A DNA stretch of 64,000 nt from the NCBI GenBank assembly GCA_051362555.1, contig CM120646.1:4464001-4528000 (forward strand), given 5' to 3'. Numbering within the stretch: position 1 is the stretch's first letter; every line of letters begins with the position of its first letter. Under the pieces are notes generated by a model, which saw only the letters and a list, made by a program, of their open reading frames with translations, was not told where the DNA came from and did no database searches. The position numbers were made by a program, and so were the translations under genes. Source of the stretch: Lingula anatina. Taxonomy: Eukaryota; Animalia; Brachiopoda. Shown here piece after piece: positions 25,962-39,733 of the stretch.

Positions 25962-26944
25962 ACCACTTTAAATGAAACAAATGGTATTCAAAGGTTAGAA
26001 AATGTGCTACTCGAAATTTCCACAAAGTATGGGAACTTAAAACTTTTCTTAATGGGGGACTTAAATGCACGAACTGGTAATTTGCCGGATTATTGTGACG
26101 ACAGCTTACGACATCTTGACCTTGAGGGAATTTATGACAGGGATGATTTTTGTAAACCACGGGTTTCAAAGGACATCACTGAAAATAATTTTGGAAGATC
26201 TTTGATAGAGCTATGTATAGGTCAAAATATGCACATGTTAAACGGCCGCATTGCACCAGATATTGGAGGTGAATTCACATGTCAGAAGTACAATGGCTGC
26301 AGTGTTGTTGATTATATTTTGTTACATACAGACCTTTTCATGTGTGTAGATACATTTGAGGTTCTACCTTTAGATATATCAGATCATTTCCCCATCTCAT
26401 GTCAAATACAGTGCAGGGATATTTCAAACAAACCCGAAAATGAAATAAGCACATGCAAGCGCAAACTGTACAAATGGAACAACAAAAAAGCAAATAGGTT
26501 CCTTGAAAATTTACAAAACGATAATATTTTTAGTTTAGGCCATTTCAATTACTTATTGCATATGAATGATGTGAACAATGCTGAACATAGAGCCTCACTA
26601 GCAAGATTCAGATGCGCAAATCACCTACTAAATATTGAGAGCGGTAGATGGAGAGGTATAGAAAGATGCAATAGACTCTGTTTAATCTGTAAAAAACATA
26701 ATATTTATGATGTAGAAGACGAATACCATTTTTTAATGACATGTGTAGCATATACAGAATTAAGAGAAAAATATCTGCCAGTGAATAACCCTACTAAAGA
26801 AAGTTTTTTAAGATTAATGGCTACAAAAAACACAAATTTAATATCAAATTTAGCTGCTTATATATTTAATGCTTTTTTATGAAGAAAAGAAATTTTGAGT
26901 CGCTGACAAAATTAACAATCCTTAATACTTCTCATGGACTTAAC

Positions 26945-26995
<51 letters not shown>

Positions 26996-27036
26996 GTACT
27001 ATGGGCCAGAGGCCTTGAAAAACTGAATAATAACAC
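25962..27036 (+). mobile_element. Internally deleted APE-type non-LTR retrotransposon (endonuclease fused to C-terminal Zn-knuckle, RT absent)
   Basis: ORF 25917-26882 has MGDLNARTG, LNGR, SVVDY and SDHFPI (APE) followed by LARFR..H.L.IE.GRW..CxxC..EDEYHFL..C. 10-bp TSD tatatttact/tatatctact; absent from B2. Confidence 0.85.
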
Positions 27037-28342
27037 TATATCTACTGATTCTACACTGATTGGATCATCTGGTACATAGAAATAGTCTATTTTCAATTCA
27101 AATTTAGAATAAGCTATTATACGCACAATTCAAGAGCATGATTACCCTGGCGTATTACGTTTTTCTCATTCCACCTTGATTGCATTGATTTTCATGATTT
27201 TCAAACTTTAATCACATTCGGACAAAATAAAGAAGGATTGTGCAACGAGTCCAATAAGTTGCGATTGTATGTTGATTTAATTTAAGCTTAATGTTCTTTT
27301 CTTAACACTCTCCAATAATGTATGAATAATGTGAAATGTGGTTAAAAATGTATGGTCAACCTTTTTTATCAGCGATGACTCATTCTATCGAAAGAGAATC
27401 GAACATTATGGGTAAGTTTAATATATGCAAACTGAAATGAAATGAAGCGTAAACATCGAATTTATTCATGCGTAATAAGTATTTGTATCTGTAACATACG
27501 ACTGGCAGTGTTATCAATGGAATCAAGTTACGTGTACTTTCAGTAAACAATTATTGTTTTAACTATATGCTTTCACTATTCTTTGTATTATTTGTACTTC
27601 CCTCAGACGATCCTTCTAGTATTGGAGGAGCTGTTGCAGGAGTTCAGAAAAGACATTTTACAAGAGATTGAGACAATGGCTTCATTGCCAGTGCATCCAA
27701 ATGTCGTGAGATTGTTAGGGTATTCTAAGGAAGGTAACTTTATCACTTTATTTTTAAATACTAATTATTATATATAATTAGAAATAATAATTAAATCGAT
27801 TTAATTTAAGAATCTTCCACGTGTAATGAAAATTCAAAATTTATACAATACAATAACTTACACGAACCTGTATGGTCAGTTTTGGACGGAGATATAAGTC
27901 ATTCTGGCAGCATTTCATATTCTTTTTATAGAGACCGTATTTATATCCCTTGAGTACCAGAGTAATGGGAAGTCATTTCTGCGCAATAGCCGCAGTGACA
28001 AAGCATACGGAAACCTGCATGGAGGGAGTAAGAGCTTAACGTCACATGACCTTCTTTCCTTTGCACAGCAAGTAGCCAATGGAATGTCACACATTTCTAA
28101 GAATGGGGTATGTAAATGACATGAATACTAATTGTTAATAGTACTTTCGTGGAAATCTGGGCCCCGTAACTCGAAAGCATCGCGTATTGCGAATAGCGAT
28201 AGCACATAGAGGCTACAATGTATTATATGTGGCGAGTATGGGCGAGTTATGGAATCTCGTTATTTGGCGAGCTGCAGTCTGGAAAGGCATTAGAAACAAG
28301 ATAGATATAAAACGCCGTTCACGAAGACTATTTATTCACTAA

Positions 28343-28552
<210 letters not shown>

Positions 28553-28749
28553 TAAATGTTAATAAATTATCTTTAAACACCACAGTAATTCACAATGTAC
28601 GGTTCAGTATACACGCAACCATGCAGTTTAAAAAAATGAAATGTGATAGTCGGTTTTTAAAATCTTTTTATAACATGTTCCAAATATCCTGTAGTGGTTC
28701 ACTTGTGGTAAATTATAGCTGACGCAAGGACGTCTTTATAAATTCTTAA

Positions 28750-31371
28750 AGGACAATGGCCACAGCGCCAGAATGGCCTGAACAGAACATATTCCTCAGA
28801 AAACATGCCCAACTAACGATAACTTTATCCACATACACAAATTAAAAGCTCATTTTGTAAATTTTGGGCATTAAAAACGTCCTATTTGCTCGGCCTGGGA
28901 GTTAATGAGCTACGTGGTCACGTGGTCCTATGACGACAATCGTGCCACCGGAGAACAGAGCGTGCATAGCTGTCAAACTGAACTGCATTGTCTACCTGTA
29001 AGATGACTTTTCTGGCTTCTGATAAAAGTTAACACTCACTCAAAGTATTCTTACTCGAGGGGTCTAAATCCTCGTGAAGCTGTCTAAAACCATTTTCCGT
29101 CTTTTCAATTCTTTAACAAGCGTTTTTGAATTAAAATTATGGTTATCCCAAGTTGTATAAAACACTGCATTTGAATGACAGGGTACTGTTGATTATTGCA
29201 TATGAGGTCAAAGTTATTTGTGAAATTCAATTTATTTAATTAAACCGCTGACACCCCATCTTGCACACTTTTATTAAACTGAGGTAAACAATGCCTGTTA
29301 CCTTTTTAAGTCCTATCTTAATCATCCATCTAACTGGAACTTCCTTTGCCCCTAATTAAAGGGTTAAATGGCATTCAATTCTCCTCCAGCCTATGTCTTG
29401 CGAGTATCGAACGCACTTTCGCTGGCGATATTTATCTCAGGTAAAAATCTACCTGTGCGTTAGTTTCAAAGAGCAGCTCCCGCAGACCTGAGGGTACTAG
29501 ATAAAATCTGAACACCATATTTATCGAGGAGCTAGAGAAATAAAGGAAGAATTTTTCCTGCACAGCTTCATAGGAAATTTTAACACGGACTTGATCCAGC
29601 TTAGTCCTCCAAACTAACAGTGTGACATGGGCAATTTTCACAAACAAATAATAAAACTTTATTTCAGTTAGCCTCCTTTTCAATAAATATACCGTTCTGG
29701 GTAAATTAGAATATTTTTTGACTTAAATGATGATTTTATTATTAATGGAAATTAAGCTACTATATGAGGTACATTTGCTGTGATTACGCTGTTCTTTATG
29801 TTTTGCGTTAATGTACATTTTGTTGTACGCGCTTGTAATTTTTAAAAATCTGTGCGTACAATCTTTGCAGGTCTTGTTACGCCCCTGTTATGTGATGAAA
29901 GTCTAAATTTGGCAATTAGTTCCTTAGCTTATTTAAATAGAATTGCAGTGTAAACCTTTCAACAAGATGTTGGCGCAATATCCCTTTACTCTTTGTGGAT
30001 ATTTCCCCCGTCAAAGTTTGTCTAAAATTATCTTTCAATCTTTACTCTTTCAAGGACAGTATAAAGTTATCTGACATATTGTCGTGAAAACTTAATGACA
30101 AGCCAAGTGTCTCCAGTTCATTCCGTACTCAATTTTACCCAAGCAAATTTTTTTCTTGAGTAGATCTTTATAGCACGGTGCTATAATGCAATTTTTCAAA
30201 GAGGGGATTTAAATTAATACTAAAAAAATTGCAGCTTCATACTTATATGAATTGGGTATCTCCCGCTTTTCATAATATACTAAGTTATATACAGTGAACT
30301 AAGTTATAAGTAGTGCCCTTTTTTAAACCCAACATTCTTTTTAAAAAATCCATTTGTGGCTTTCTTATATCCCTTACCAGGTTAAATCTCCATGCATAAT
30401 TTAAAATGTACTAACGTACGTAAAACTGCACATTTAGTAAACACATTAAATTATGATTTTTTCCATGCTACTACTAGCAAACAATGCTCTTTTACCTTGA
30501 TCTGCTACATGTTTTGGGTTTGACAAAGCTTACAAATTTGCAAAAAGTTTTGCGTACAGACGCAGAACTTGCGTTTCAAGTTACAAAATGATAAATCTTT
30601 TAAATTATTTAATATTTCAGATGAAATAACCTTCAGAAACAAATCCCCAAAGCGTAAACGAATTAGGATAACGAACCATTTTATTACAGCAGTTCCCATT
30701 TTTTTCTTTAATATACCGCTCTTTTTCCTGTTTTTCCTCAACACGTTTTCTTCCACGGAAGTAATGCCTGGGCATACGCATGCTTCAAGATACCCAGAGA
30801 GCAATTTCTTTTATTAATGTTTGACCGTGTTTGAACTTAATTGTTTAAATATTGATATTTAACGTCATTTACAAATACCAATAAAATAACCCCATGAAAT
30901 AAATGAGATATATTGAAAAATATGAAAGCCCACCAAGACGAGTTTGATACCTGTTATTACCTGGCTTGGGAATTGCAACGGTGCATAATTAACAGGTTTT
31001 ATTGTTAACGAGCTCTTGGTCAACTACAATGCATTTAAAATGCATCAGCAATTAGTAAGCTTGCCAACTGATGACAGTTAAGCTAAGGACTATCAGCTTT
31101 TGATATGATCTAAAACACCTGAGGTGACCGAGATCTCGAGCATCGCAACTATTGTCACCGAAGTTAGTAAGTAAGTCACGGAAGACCGTCACAGATCTGT
31201 TGCTTCATTTATGCATATTGAGGTGAGGTTTACTAAAACGCTTTTTTCTACTAATAGATTGTTTTAATAATTTTTAAATGGCGGGGATCGATTAAAACAT
31301 ACCTCTAGCGTATAGATTGAGTGCTGAATCTTCAAAATTCGAGAAATGGATTTTTATGTGTCTATTGTCCT
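28750..31371. mobile_element. TTAA-target DNA transposon (Kolobok-like), non-autonomous, in a B1 intron
   Basis: ttaa|aggacaat ... attgtcct|ttac termini; the flanks join up in the B2 intron near 60310-60350. Confidence 0.65.
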
Positions 31372-31484
31372 TTACACTCACGGGACTTTGTGTCATGGCT
31401 TAAACGTTTAGTTGTGTTTAGAATTGTATAATTCGTTTTATTGCTCGCTATCATTGTTGTTACTAGGATAAACTTTTAGACTAC

Positions 31485-33935
31485 ATGTAGGGTAGGGTAA
31501 ATAATAACTTTTTTTTTGATAATCTCTCAAGGAACAAGTGATTTTAGAGGCAAGATGGGTTAAAAAGTTCATTTCTGATGAGAAATTTGAGCTAGAAGCA
31601 TTCTTTAGGTCGGTAATTTCACTATTTTTGGAATCACATACAAAGCATGTGTACTACATGTACATACATGTATAGTGGAACTGTAATAACTATATGCATG
31701 TATATACCTGTATTGAATAAGGTTAGGAAAAGCACATATTTTTGATAAGTGTTTTCTATGTCAGAAAATGATGCTAAGCAACTTGCGCAACTATTTTTTT
31801 CACAACAGCCATTAAAGTTGGTAAAATAACGATTTTCAAAATGCCAGATTAAACGCCCTAACAAGAGTTGCAACATCGCCAATTAAATATCCCTTAGTTT
31901 GTATTCTGCCTTTTCTTATGTTTTTATGGTAATAAAATATATTTTCCTTATGTTCACACTGCCATTCTGACATTTTAATGGAGTTTGGTTCCTTTGTTGG
32001 TTGATAGTTTACTGTCAACCTTGACGGAAGAGCCAGATCTCAGTTAGTCAAAACAAGGAGTCATAAGTAGGGCTGCGTACCTCAACGTTACGTACAGTAC
32101 GTAACGTACGTAACGTACTGTACAGGTACAGGTACCGGTACAGAGGTTTAGGTACAGGTCTGGGTGGGGGAGGTGGGGGGGTCCAGGGCATGCTCCCCCG
32201 GGAAATTTTGAAATTTTTAACCGTCTTAAACGCCATTTCCCGCATTTTGAGAGTCAAATAATTGTTGATAAAAGTAAGTTTAATACGACGTGAACAATTT
32301 GACAAATTAACTCCGCGCAGCCCGGGGCCTTTTAACTTACGCGGCAAAAATGGAAAAGTGACTGACCTCTGACCTGCTTTTGAGTTTGTTGACCAATCAC
32401 AATCCTGAATCAGCCACGCTCTCGCGATGTCTCGTGAGATCTCATATCAAAGATGGCTATGATTTCCCGTTGCAGGACGGTATTTACGTCTTTTCCAGTG
32501 CTAATTTTTCGTCTCTGTGGAAGTATTTACGCATCTTTCATTCACAAAATAATTAGCACATACTTGGTGTAAATTTATATCGGCACAGCACCGGTACTTG
32601 ATGATCCGGTATTCTAGACCTGTACCTAATCGATTTTTACGCAACCGTAGTCATAAGGTATCTTATGTTCTGCTGCATATGAATTATAAGGAAGAATCAG
32701 AATTATCGTAACCTCAAGCAATCAAAGGGTGTATCTGTATGTCTGTAATATATTGGATGGAATATGTTTGTTCTGCACAAAAGAACCCCGAGAAGCAATC
32801 ACTATCATGAACTGAGACCAGCAAAGAAGTTGTCAAGTCAGGCCCGTAGCTAGCAATTTCAAAAGGGGGGTTCTTTTTCTGAAAAAGTGGACCTTTTTCC
32901 ATAAAGACTTCATGTACCTAGATCAAATTTTACCCAGAGTGGACCTTTTCCCACCAAAAGGGGCGGTTCTTTTGAACCCCCCGAACCCCCCTGGCTACGG
33001 GCCTGTCAAGGAAATATCCAATATCTGGATGTCCAAGAATATCTTTCCTATCTTTGAGAACATATCCAACAGAAAAACTGCATATTGGGCTACATGTTAA
33101 AAACATTGTGCTTATATATGATGCAACGTATATCATAAACACTCTTTGTCAAGTATTGATTGAACTCTTTCACTTTCATATATCATCACTTTAAATCCAT
33201 GCACTTAATGTTCAGACAGTTAATGCTTCGTTACATGTAGTTCCCCAAATATATTATAATCCAACATACATCTGTTGGTAATGTTCTTCTCAAAGATAGG
33301 AAAAACACGTTTGGAGGTTCTGGCATTGGAGATTTCCTTGGCAATATCTATGCTGGCCTCAGCTTATGACATAGATTTCTTCCGGCTTCATACATGTAAA
33401 ACAAAGGAGTATTATCTATCCTATTGTAATAATTAAAAAAATATTCACTTTTTGGTAAGGATAATTGCTTCTTCATTATAATTCCCATCCAACAGATGTT
33501 GGGGGATTGGGAAATCTTATCACTCCTCAATTTGAACTGAGGTGGATGACTGAGGTGGTTCATTGTCCCCATTATCGAAGATTCTGGCTCACATGGTAAC
33601 TGAACTGTCAGCTCACATGGTATCTGAACTCACTGTAAAATGTTCCAATCTCAGTACTAACATCAGAAATGGATTCTACCACCCCTAAAACATACGAAAA
33701 GACATATTCCACATTTTGGTACCTTTAATTGTTGTTGACGAAACTCTAGGTAGGCCGTTTTTGCTGCCATTTTGAAAATGTCACCTTACCGACCTAAATA
33801 GTTGTTGTAGAAATAAATGATTGTCATATTTGTGTTCAGCATCAAATTTTGCCTAAAAAACACCTGTTTTATAAGTTATGTATAATTATATGTATAATTA
33901 GTTATGTAAGGTATGTATAATTTTGTGGCTATTTC
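31485..33935. mobile_element. Inserted/nested repeat block absent from B2, including MITEs at ~32068-32650 and 32839-33005
   Basis: No counterpart in the short B2 intron (60133-60532). Internal TIR pairs gggctgcgta/tacgcaacc and caggcccgtagc/gctacgggcctg. Confidence 0.55.
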
Positions 33936-34158
33936 ATTGAGCCCCTTACCGGTGAGATGGATGGCCCCAGAGTCTCTGTCAGACTGTGTACACCACTAAG
34001 AGTGACGTGTGGGCCTATGGTATACTGCTCTGGGAGATTGTAACACTAGGTAAGTTATATACCACAAAGAGTGACGTGTGGGCCTATGGTATACTGCTCT
34101 GGGAGATTGTAACACTGGGTACGTTAAACATTCTGGTCTGATGACAATGCAAACGTAT

Positions 34159-37100
34159 TTTTATGTACAGACACAGATGTGTCTGTACATATAGCCATCA
34201 TCTGCGTCTGTCGTCGCCGTCGCCGTCGTCGCTGTCGCCGTCGTCGCTGTCGTCGCCGTCGCCGTGCACTTTTACCGATAACACGATAAGTGGAAAACCA
34301 TTTTGCCTTTTGATTTGAAACTTGCAGAACTGATGAATATTCATAATACGCAGGTCAAGTTCGAAAATCAGCATGATCAGGTCACTCTTAGGGAATTTAT
34401 GCTGTTTTTTCACTTTTTTCAACATATATGCAGCACCGATAACACGATAAGTGGAAAACCATTGTACCTTTTGACTTGAAACTTACAGAACTGATGAATA
34501 TTTATAATATGCAGGTCAAGTTCGAAAATCGGCATGATTGGGCCATTTTTAGGGAATTTATGCTGTTTTTTCACTTTTTCAGCATATATGCAGCACCGAT
34601 AACACAGTAAGTGGAAAACCATTTTACCTTTTGGCTTGAAACTTACAGAACTGATGAAAATTCTTAATACGCAGGTCAAGTTCGAAAATCAGCATGATTG
34701 GGCCATTTTTAGGGAATTTATGCTGTTTTTTCACTTTTCAATATAAATGCAACACTGATAACACAATATAAGAAAAACGGATCGGCCAATTGGCATTATA
34801 TTCACAGGAGTGGTCAATCTTACTAAAATGCAGGTTGAGTTCGAAAATCAGCATAATCGGGCCATTATTTTAGAAGTTATACTGTTTTTTCACATTTCCT
34901 CAGATTCAATTATTAGGCATGTTAACAGTCTCATTATTGAACTAATTAGATGCGTAAAAGTGTTTGTTTGATATTTCCTGCATCTTTACAACATTGTTAG
35001 TTGATTATGTAAAAAACATGGTAAACTTGTTATCATGTATTGTGTAATAAAGTGTCAAAAATGGAAATAAACTCATATCATTGCAGTTTGTCAGATTCAA
35101 TCATCCACTATGTTCAGAATCTCAGAATGGAGGAAATTGGACATTTAACACTGTTCTATTGATACTATTCCCATCTCATCAATTTTCTTAGTTGGTCATA
35201 TAAAAATGGCAGTAAAATGTTTATTTTGTTTTATGTTAAAAAAGTGTTAAAAATGGAAATAAACCCATTTCAGGACAGTGCTGTCTTGTTTACATTTTGG
35301 CATTTTCAAGATGTGACTTTGAAGTTCCATGGGCCTGAAGACCTTTGCTTGTCATGTTTTCTGAATGTCCATGTTACTAATATTTTATTAATAACATTTG
35401 ATGGTTATTATGCTGTTAAACATTATGTAACGTTGCATCAAAATTTGAAGAAACCCCTATTTAGGGCACTGCTCCTATGATGACCATTTAAGGGAAAACA
35501 TGTCACTTGCTGTTCTCAAACTTACAAGAAAGAAACATGGGTCTAACATACAGCCTCAGTAGGCAATGCAGTCTGTTTGGTAAATTTTTCTGGCAATTTA
35601 ACAGTTTTTTGTGAAAATTTAATTTTTCACTTATTGACATTTTCAAGGTGCGACTTAGAACCTCCACGGGCTTGAAGACCCTTGCTAGTCACATTTTCTG
35701 AAAATCCATGACACATATATTTTATCATTTAAAATTGATGGTCATTATGCTGTTAAGCATTATGTAATGTTGCATCAAAATAGAAGAAAACACAATATTT
35801 GGTGCTGCTGCCATGATGACCATTATGGGAAAACGGTGTTACTTATTACTGTCAAACTTTCAAAAAAGGAAACACAGGACTAAAATGCAGCCCGAGTTGG
35901 AAAAGCAGTCTAATTGGCTTCTTTTTCTGGAAGTTATACACTTAGTGAAGTATTCATTATCTTTTTGGCATATTCATTGTGGGACTCAGAGCTCCCATGG
36001 ACATGAAGCCTAATGGTAATCAAATTTTCTACATGTCCATGCTATTTATAGTCAATAATCAAAAATTGGTGATAATTATTCTATAATTTATTATGTAATG
36101 TTACATCAAAATTGACAATAATCTTTTTGCACTGCTACTGCAAACATTATGAAAAGAAAACTGTGTTACTTATTATTATATTTAACTTATAAGTACGATT
36201 TTTAGGATTGGCATGCAGTTCAAATTAGAAAGCCAGGTCAATTGGGTCATCATTTTTATTAAATTTATGCATTTTTTGTGAAATTTTCATTTTTCTCATT
36301 CTGGCACTTTCTAATTGAAAACTTGAACTCTGATGGGCCTGGAGCCTTATGCTTTTACTTTCATCAGCATTACCTGTTGTGCATAATTAAAATTTTATGT
36401 TGACTGTGCAGTTAAACATAATGTATTATTGCATCAGAATTGGGCAGTCTCCTGTTTTTGTGCATTATTGTTTTCTGCTTTTCTTAAGGTGTGACTTATG
36501 GGCCTGAAGACCTTTGATAGACAAATTTGTGTGGTCAGTCTGTTAATTCCCCTTGGGTATTCACAAGGCTAATTTCAGTGCTATAAACTCATTTACCTAA
36601 TTAAGTAGCCATTAATTGAAATTTCATAAAGCACACTTGTTGATATTTCCCTGTTAAGCTCTCTGCTAGATAACATAGTGTCCATAATAAGGAAGCAGTG
36701 AATAACAGCTTCATTAGAATTATATTTTTGTTGTTTCTATTTAATTTTTTCTCCAACACTGGCATTTTTAAGATGTGATTTTTAACTCCCATCCACCTGA
36801 GGCTGTGCACATTTTCAGTATTTCCACATAAGCAGCTGTATTGGTATTTATGTCTTTAAACACGATGTAATATTATTTTATGCACTGTCATCATTTTTCA
36901 TATATAGGGACTTTCATCATGTGAATTTTAACTCTCATGGTCCTGACATTGTAATCTTATTGAAAGGGTGGATTAAGACCATCTTCTGGGTCTCCTGGAA
37001 GACAGTCAGATTTTACAGTTTATATTAACGGGTTTCTGTTGGAAGACTATCAAAATGGAGGATGGATCAACAAAGATACTTTGGAATACTGTCAGAAAAT

Positions 37101-37278
37101 ATCTCTGAATCTGCTCCTGTTATTGACCATGTTACCTGTTGTGCATGATTAAAAATCAGTGTTGACTGACTGTGCTATTATAAGCATTTATTATTGCATC
37201 AAAATTGACATAATGACCTATTTTGCATCTTTTTTTTTCTGTTTTTTGTCTGTACATTTGACAGCTTTGCTGCCTTGT
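34159..37278 (+). mobile_element. Helentron/HINE (DINE-like) non-autonomous element with internal ~161-bp tandem repeats
   Basis: Starts in a T-run with palindromic atgtacagac..gtctgtacat, then a (gtc/gcc) microsatellite and about four 161-bp repeats (34272-34900). It ends with repeated gtctgtacat, a small hairpin and cttgtt. Absent from the B2 intron. Confidence 0.7.
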
Positions 37279-39733
37279 TATAGTATCACTGTCTGATATT
37301 TCCTTGAATCCTGTTTAGTTCTGTCAGCAATATCAGAACTCCATAATTAAAACGAAAGGATTGCAGAACAAAACATGTCAATTAAGGCTGTATCGCTTAT
37401 AATTATTTTGTAATATTTTCATTTTAGGCCATTATTTCAGTTAAACATATGTAGTGACAGTTGAATCTGTTTTAAATGGAATACTTCCCTATTTAGGAGC
37501 GACCCCTTACCCTACCATGGTGACTGCAAGAGAATTACTGGAAGAAATTGAACAAGGTTACAGAATGAAAAAACCTAAACACTGTACTGCTGACCTGTAA
37601 GATATAACTTTGTCTTTTGGCATGCCATACTGTACCTACAGTAGAGTTCATAATCATATTTCCGTGGTATTCCGGTTTTATAACGTTTGAAATAATATTT
37701 ATTTTTGAGTATAGCAGGGGGTGGGCAAACAATGGACAACCATATCAATCCATTCAAGTTTTAAATGGAACAACACAATAGCGTAGACGGAATAACACGA
37801 TACATGTAGCTTAGACGAGTGCGACGATCCGCTGTACTGATCAGCAGGATACATCGGCCAAATGACCACCATGGTTTGTTGCCGTGACGGGTTAATGGCT
37901 TAAAGTGCCGACGCGTGCCAAGACAATCAGTGCAAGCGCTGCTTTACTTATATCATTGTCGTCTAATCTTATCCACAATGCATTAAATTATTTTTCTTCA
38001 CATCGTTTATTTATTTAGCATATATTTACTTCATTATGAATATATGCTTCATAATGAAAATAATGTCCGATAAAGTATACATTGAACACAAACTCATTAT
38101 TAAATATTAAGTGTGTAAGTAAGGCAGCCGCACCATATCCGTGCTCAAATATTTAGAGAGACTAGTTAAATAATACACGTTATAGTACATCTTGTATTTA
38201 CATTAATCTATACGAGGATACGTTAATAAATAAGGACAAAAACTGTTTCAATCACGACTTGGTGAATGAAAAGTGGAAACAATAGGACTGGAATCCACTT
38301 TGTGCTTGTGTGCCAAAAGCTAGTCTACCAACTGTAGACTTCTCAAGTACAAGGCTGTACTGACCAAGGTGACTAAAATTAGCACCCCAGCTTTATTTAT
38401 TTAACGCCTCATGATGACTGTTCACAGAATAATACCAAGTGTGACAGCGACTGTTTATCAATGTTTCAATAGCTAGCTAATTCTCTGCTTTATATGCCTC
38501 ATCAACGACACTATACATTTATATACATTTATCTGTGAACAACAATTTATTTGTATTCAAAATACGTCTTTTAAGAAATGAATATCACTCCACGCTGTAT
38601 TTATGAGTACCAATTTTCCCTATAGGAAAATTTCCTATAGGATAGTATAGGATCTTATATGATCCTATAGGACTTTTTCGTAAGGGTTAGTAAACATTCC
38701 CAGACGCTGTCCTACTAACTGTGGATCGATCTATCTCCGAAGGGATCCTCGCCAAATTGCAATCAACTTAAGCGGATGAGCTGTCTGTCACGCCTACTGA
38801 AGCTGCTAGGGGTTAATAAATTATCGTTTAGTGGCATCAGCAGGCGTGTCAGACATGTAAACCGCTTAAGCTGAAAGCAATTTAGCCAGAAACCCCACAG
38901 AGATGGATCGATCCTGTTCGATCGATCTAAGTATGGGAACCCAGTCTTGGTATTTACAACATGATGAGATTGCCGCCTCTGCATGCCAAGCTACGGTCTA
39001 TATTACTATTAGTGATATATTGGAAAAAATGACGAATAAACGGTGTATACTTATCTAAACCGCAGTGTTAATGTATTATTTACTTTTGTGTATGGTTGTG
39101 TGGATTTTGCTCTTTTGAAATAACTGCCAAAGGGTTATTTGCCGCTATCGCCAAGAAGCAAGGCTATATGAATACCGTTATTTATATAATGTGAAATATC
39201 AACGAACTTTAATGGATAACCTTTAATTTTTGAAACATGAATTTTGGGGCGTTTTTGTCAATCAACTAAACAGAATATTATTCACATTGCAGATACCAGC
39301 TTATTGCGTGGTATTGGGAACAGGACCCCGGATGTCGTCCGACATTTGAGGACGTGGTTGTCAATTTGGAGAAATTACTGAGAGAAGAGGTGACCACACA
39401 GGTTCTCAGAGCATTCCTATGGCAACATTGAGAATAGATTAAACGGAGATAATTTGTGAAATGGATTTCTTTTCTTTTCTAAGAATCGAGATTTACTGAG
39501 AATCTGTAGCATCTGTAGGTAAAAAGATGTGGAGGTCGATTATGGTCGTCTACCCTTTTCAACGTTTAAGTTTGTTTTAAGTCATGTTTACTGAATAACA
39601 ACTCTGTTGCGGCATAATCACCAAATGCTAATTGACTGATTTCTGGAACTATTGCGGAAACTTTCTGGCGTAGATTTATTCAAATTACGTAACCACAGAT
39701 ATATGGATATTAATTGATATTTTTTGTTTTTTG

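Noticed and set aside
26879-27079. Poly-Tyr ORF
   Set aside because: A (TAT)n microsatellite in the LINE 3' UTR.
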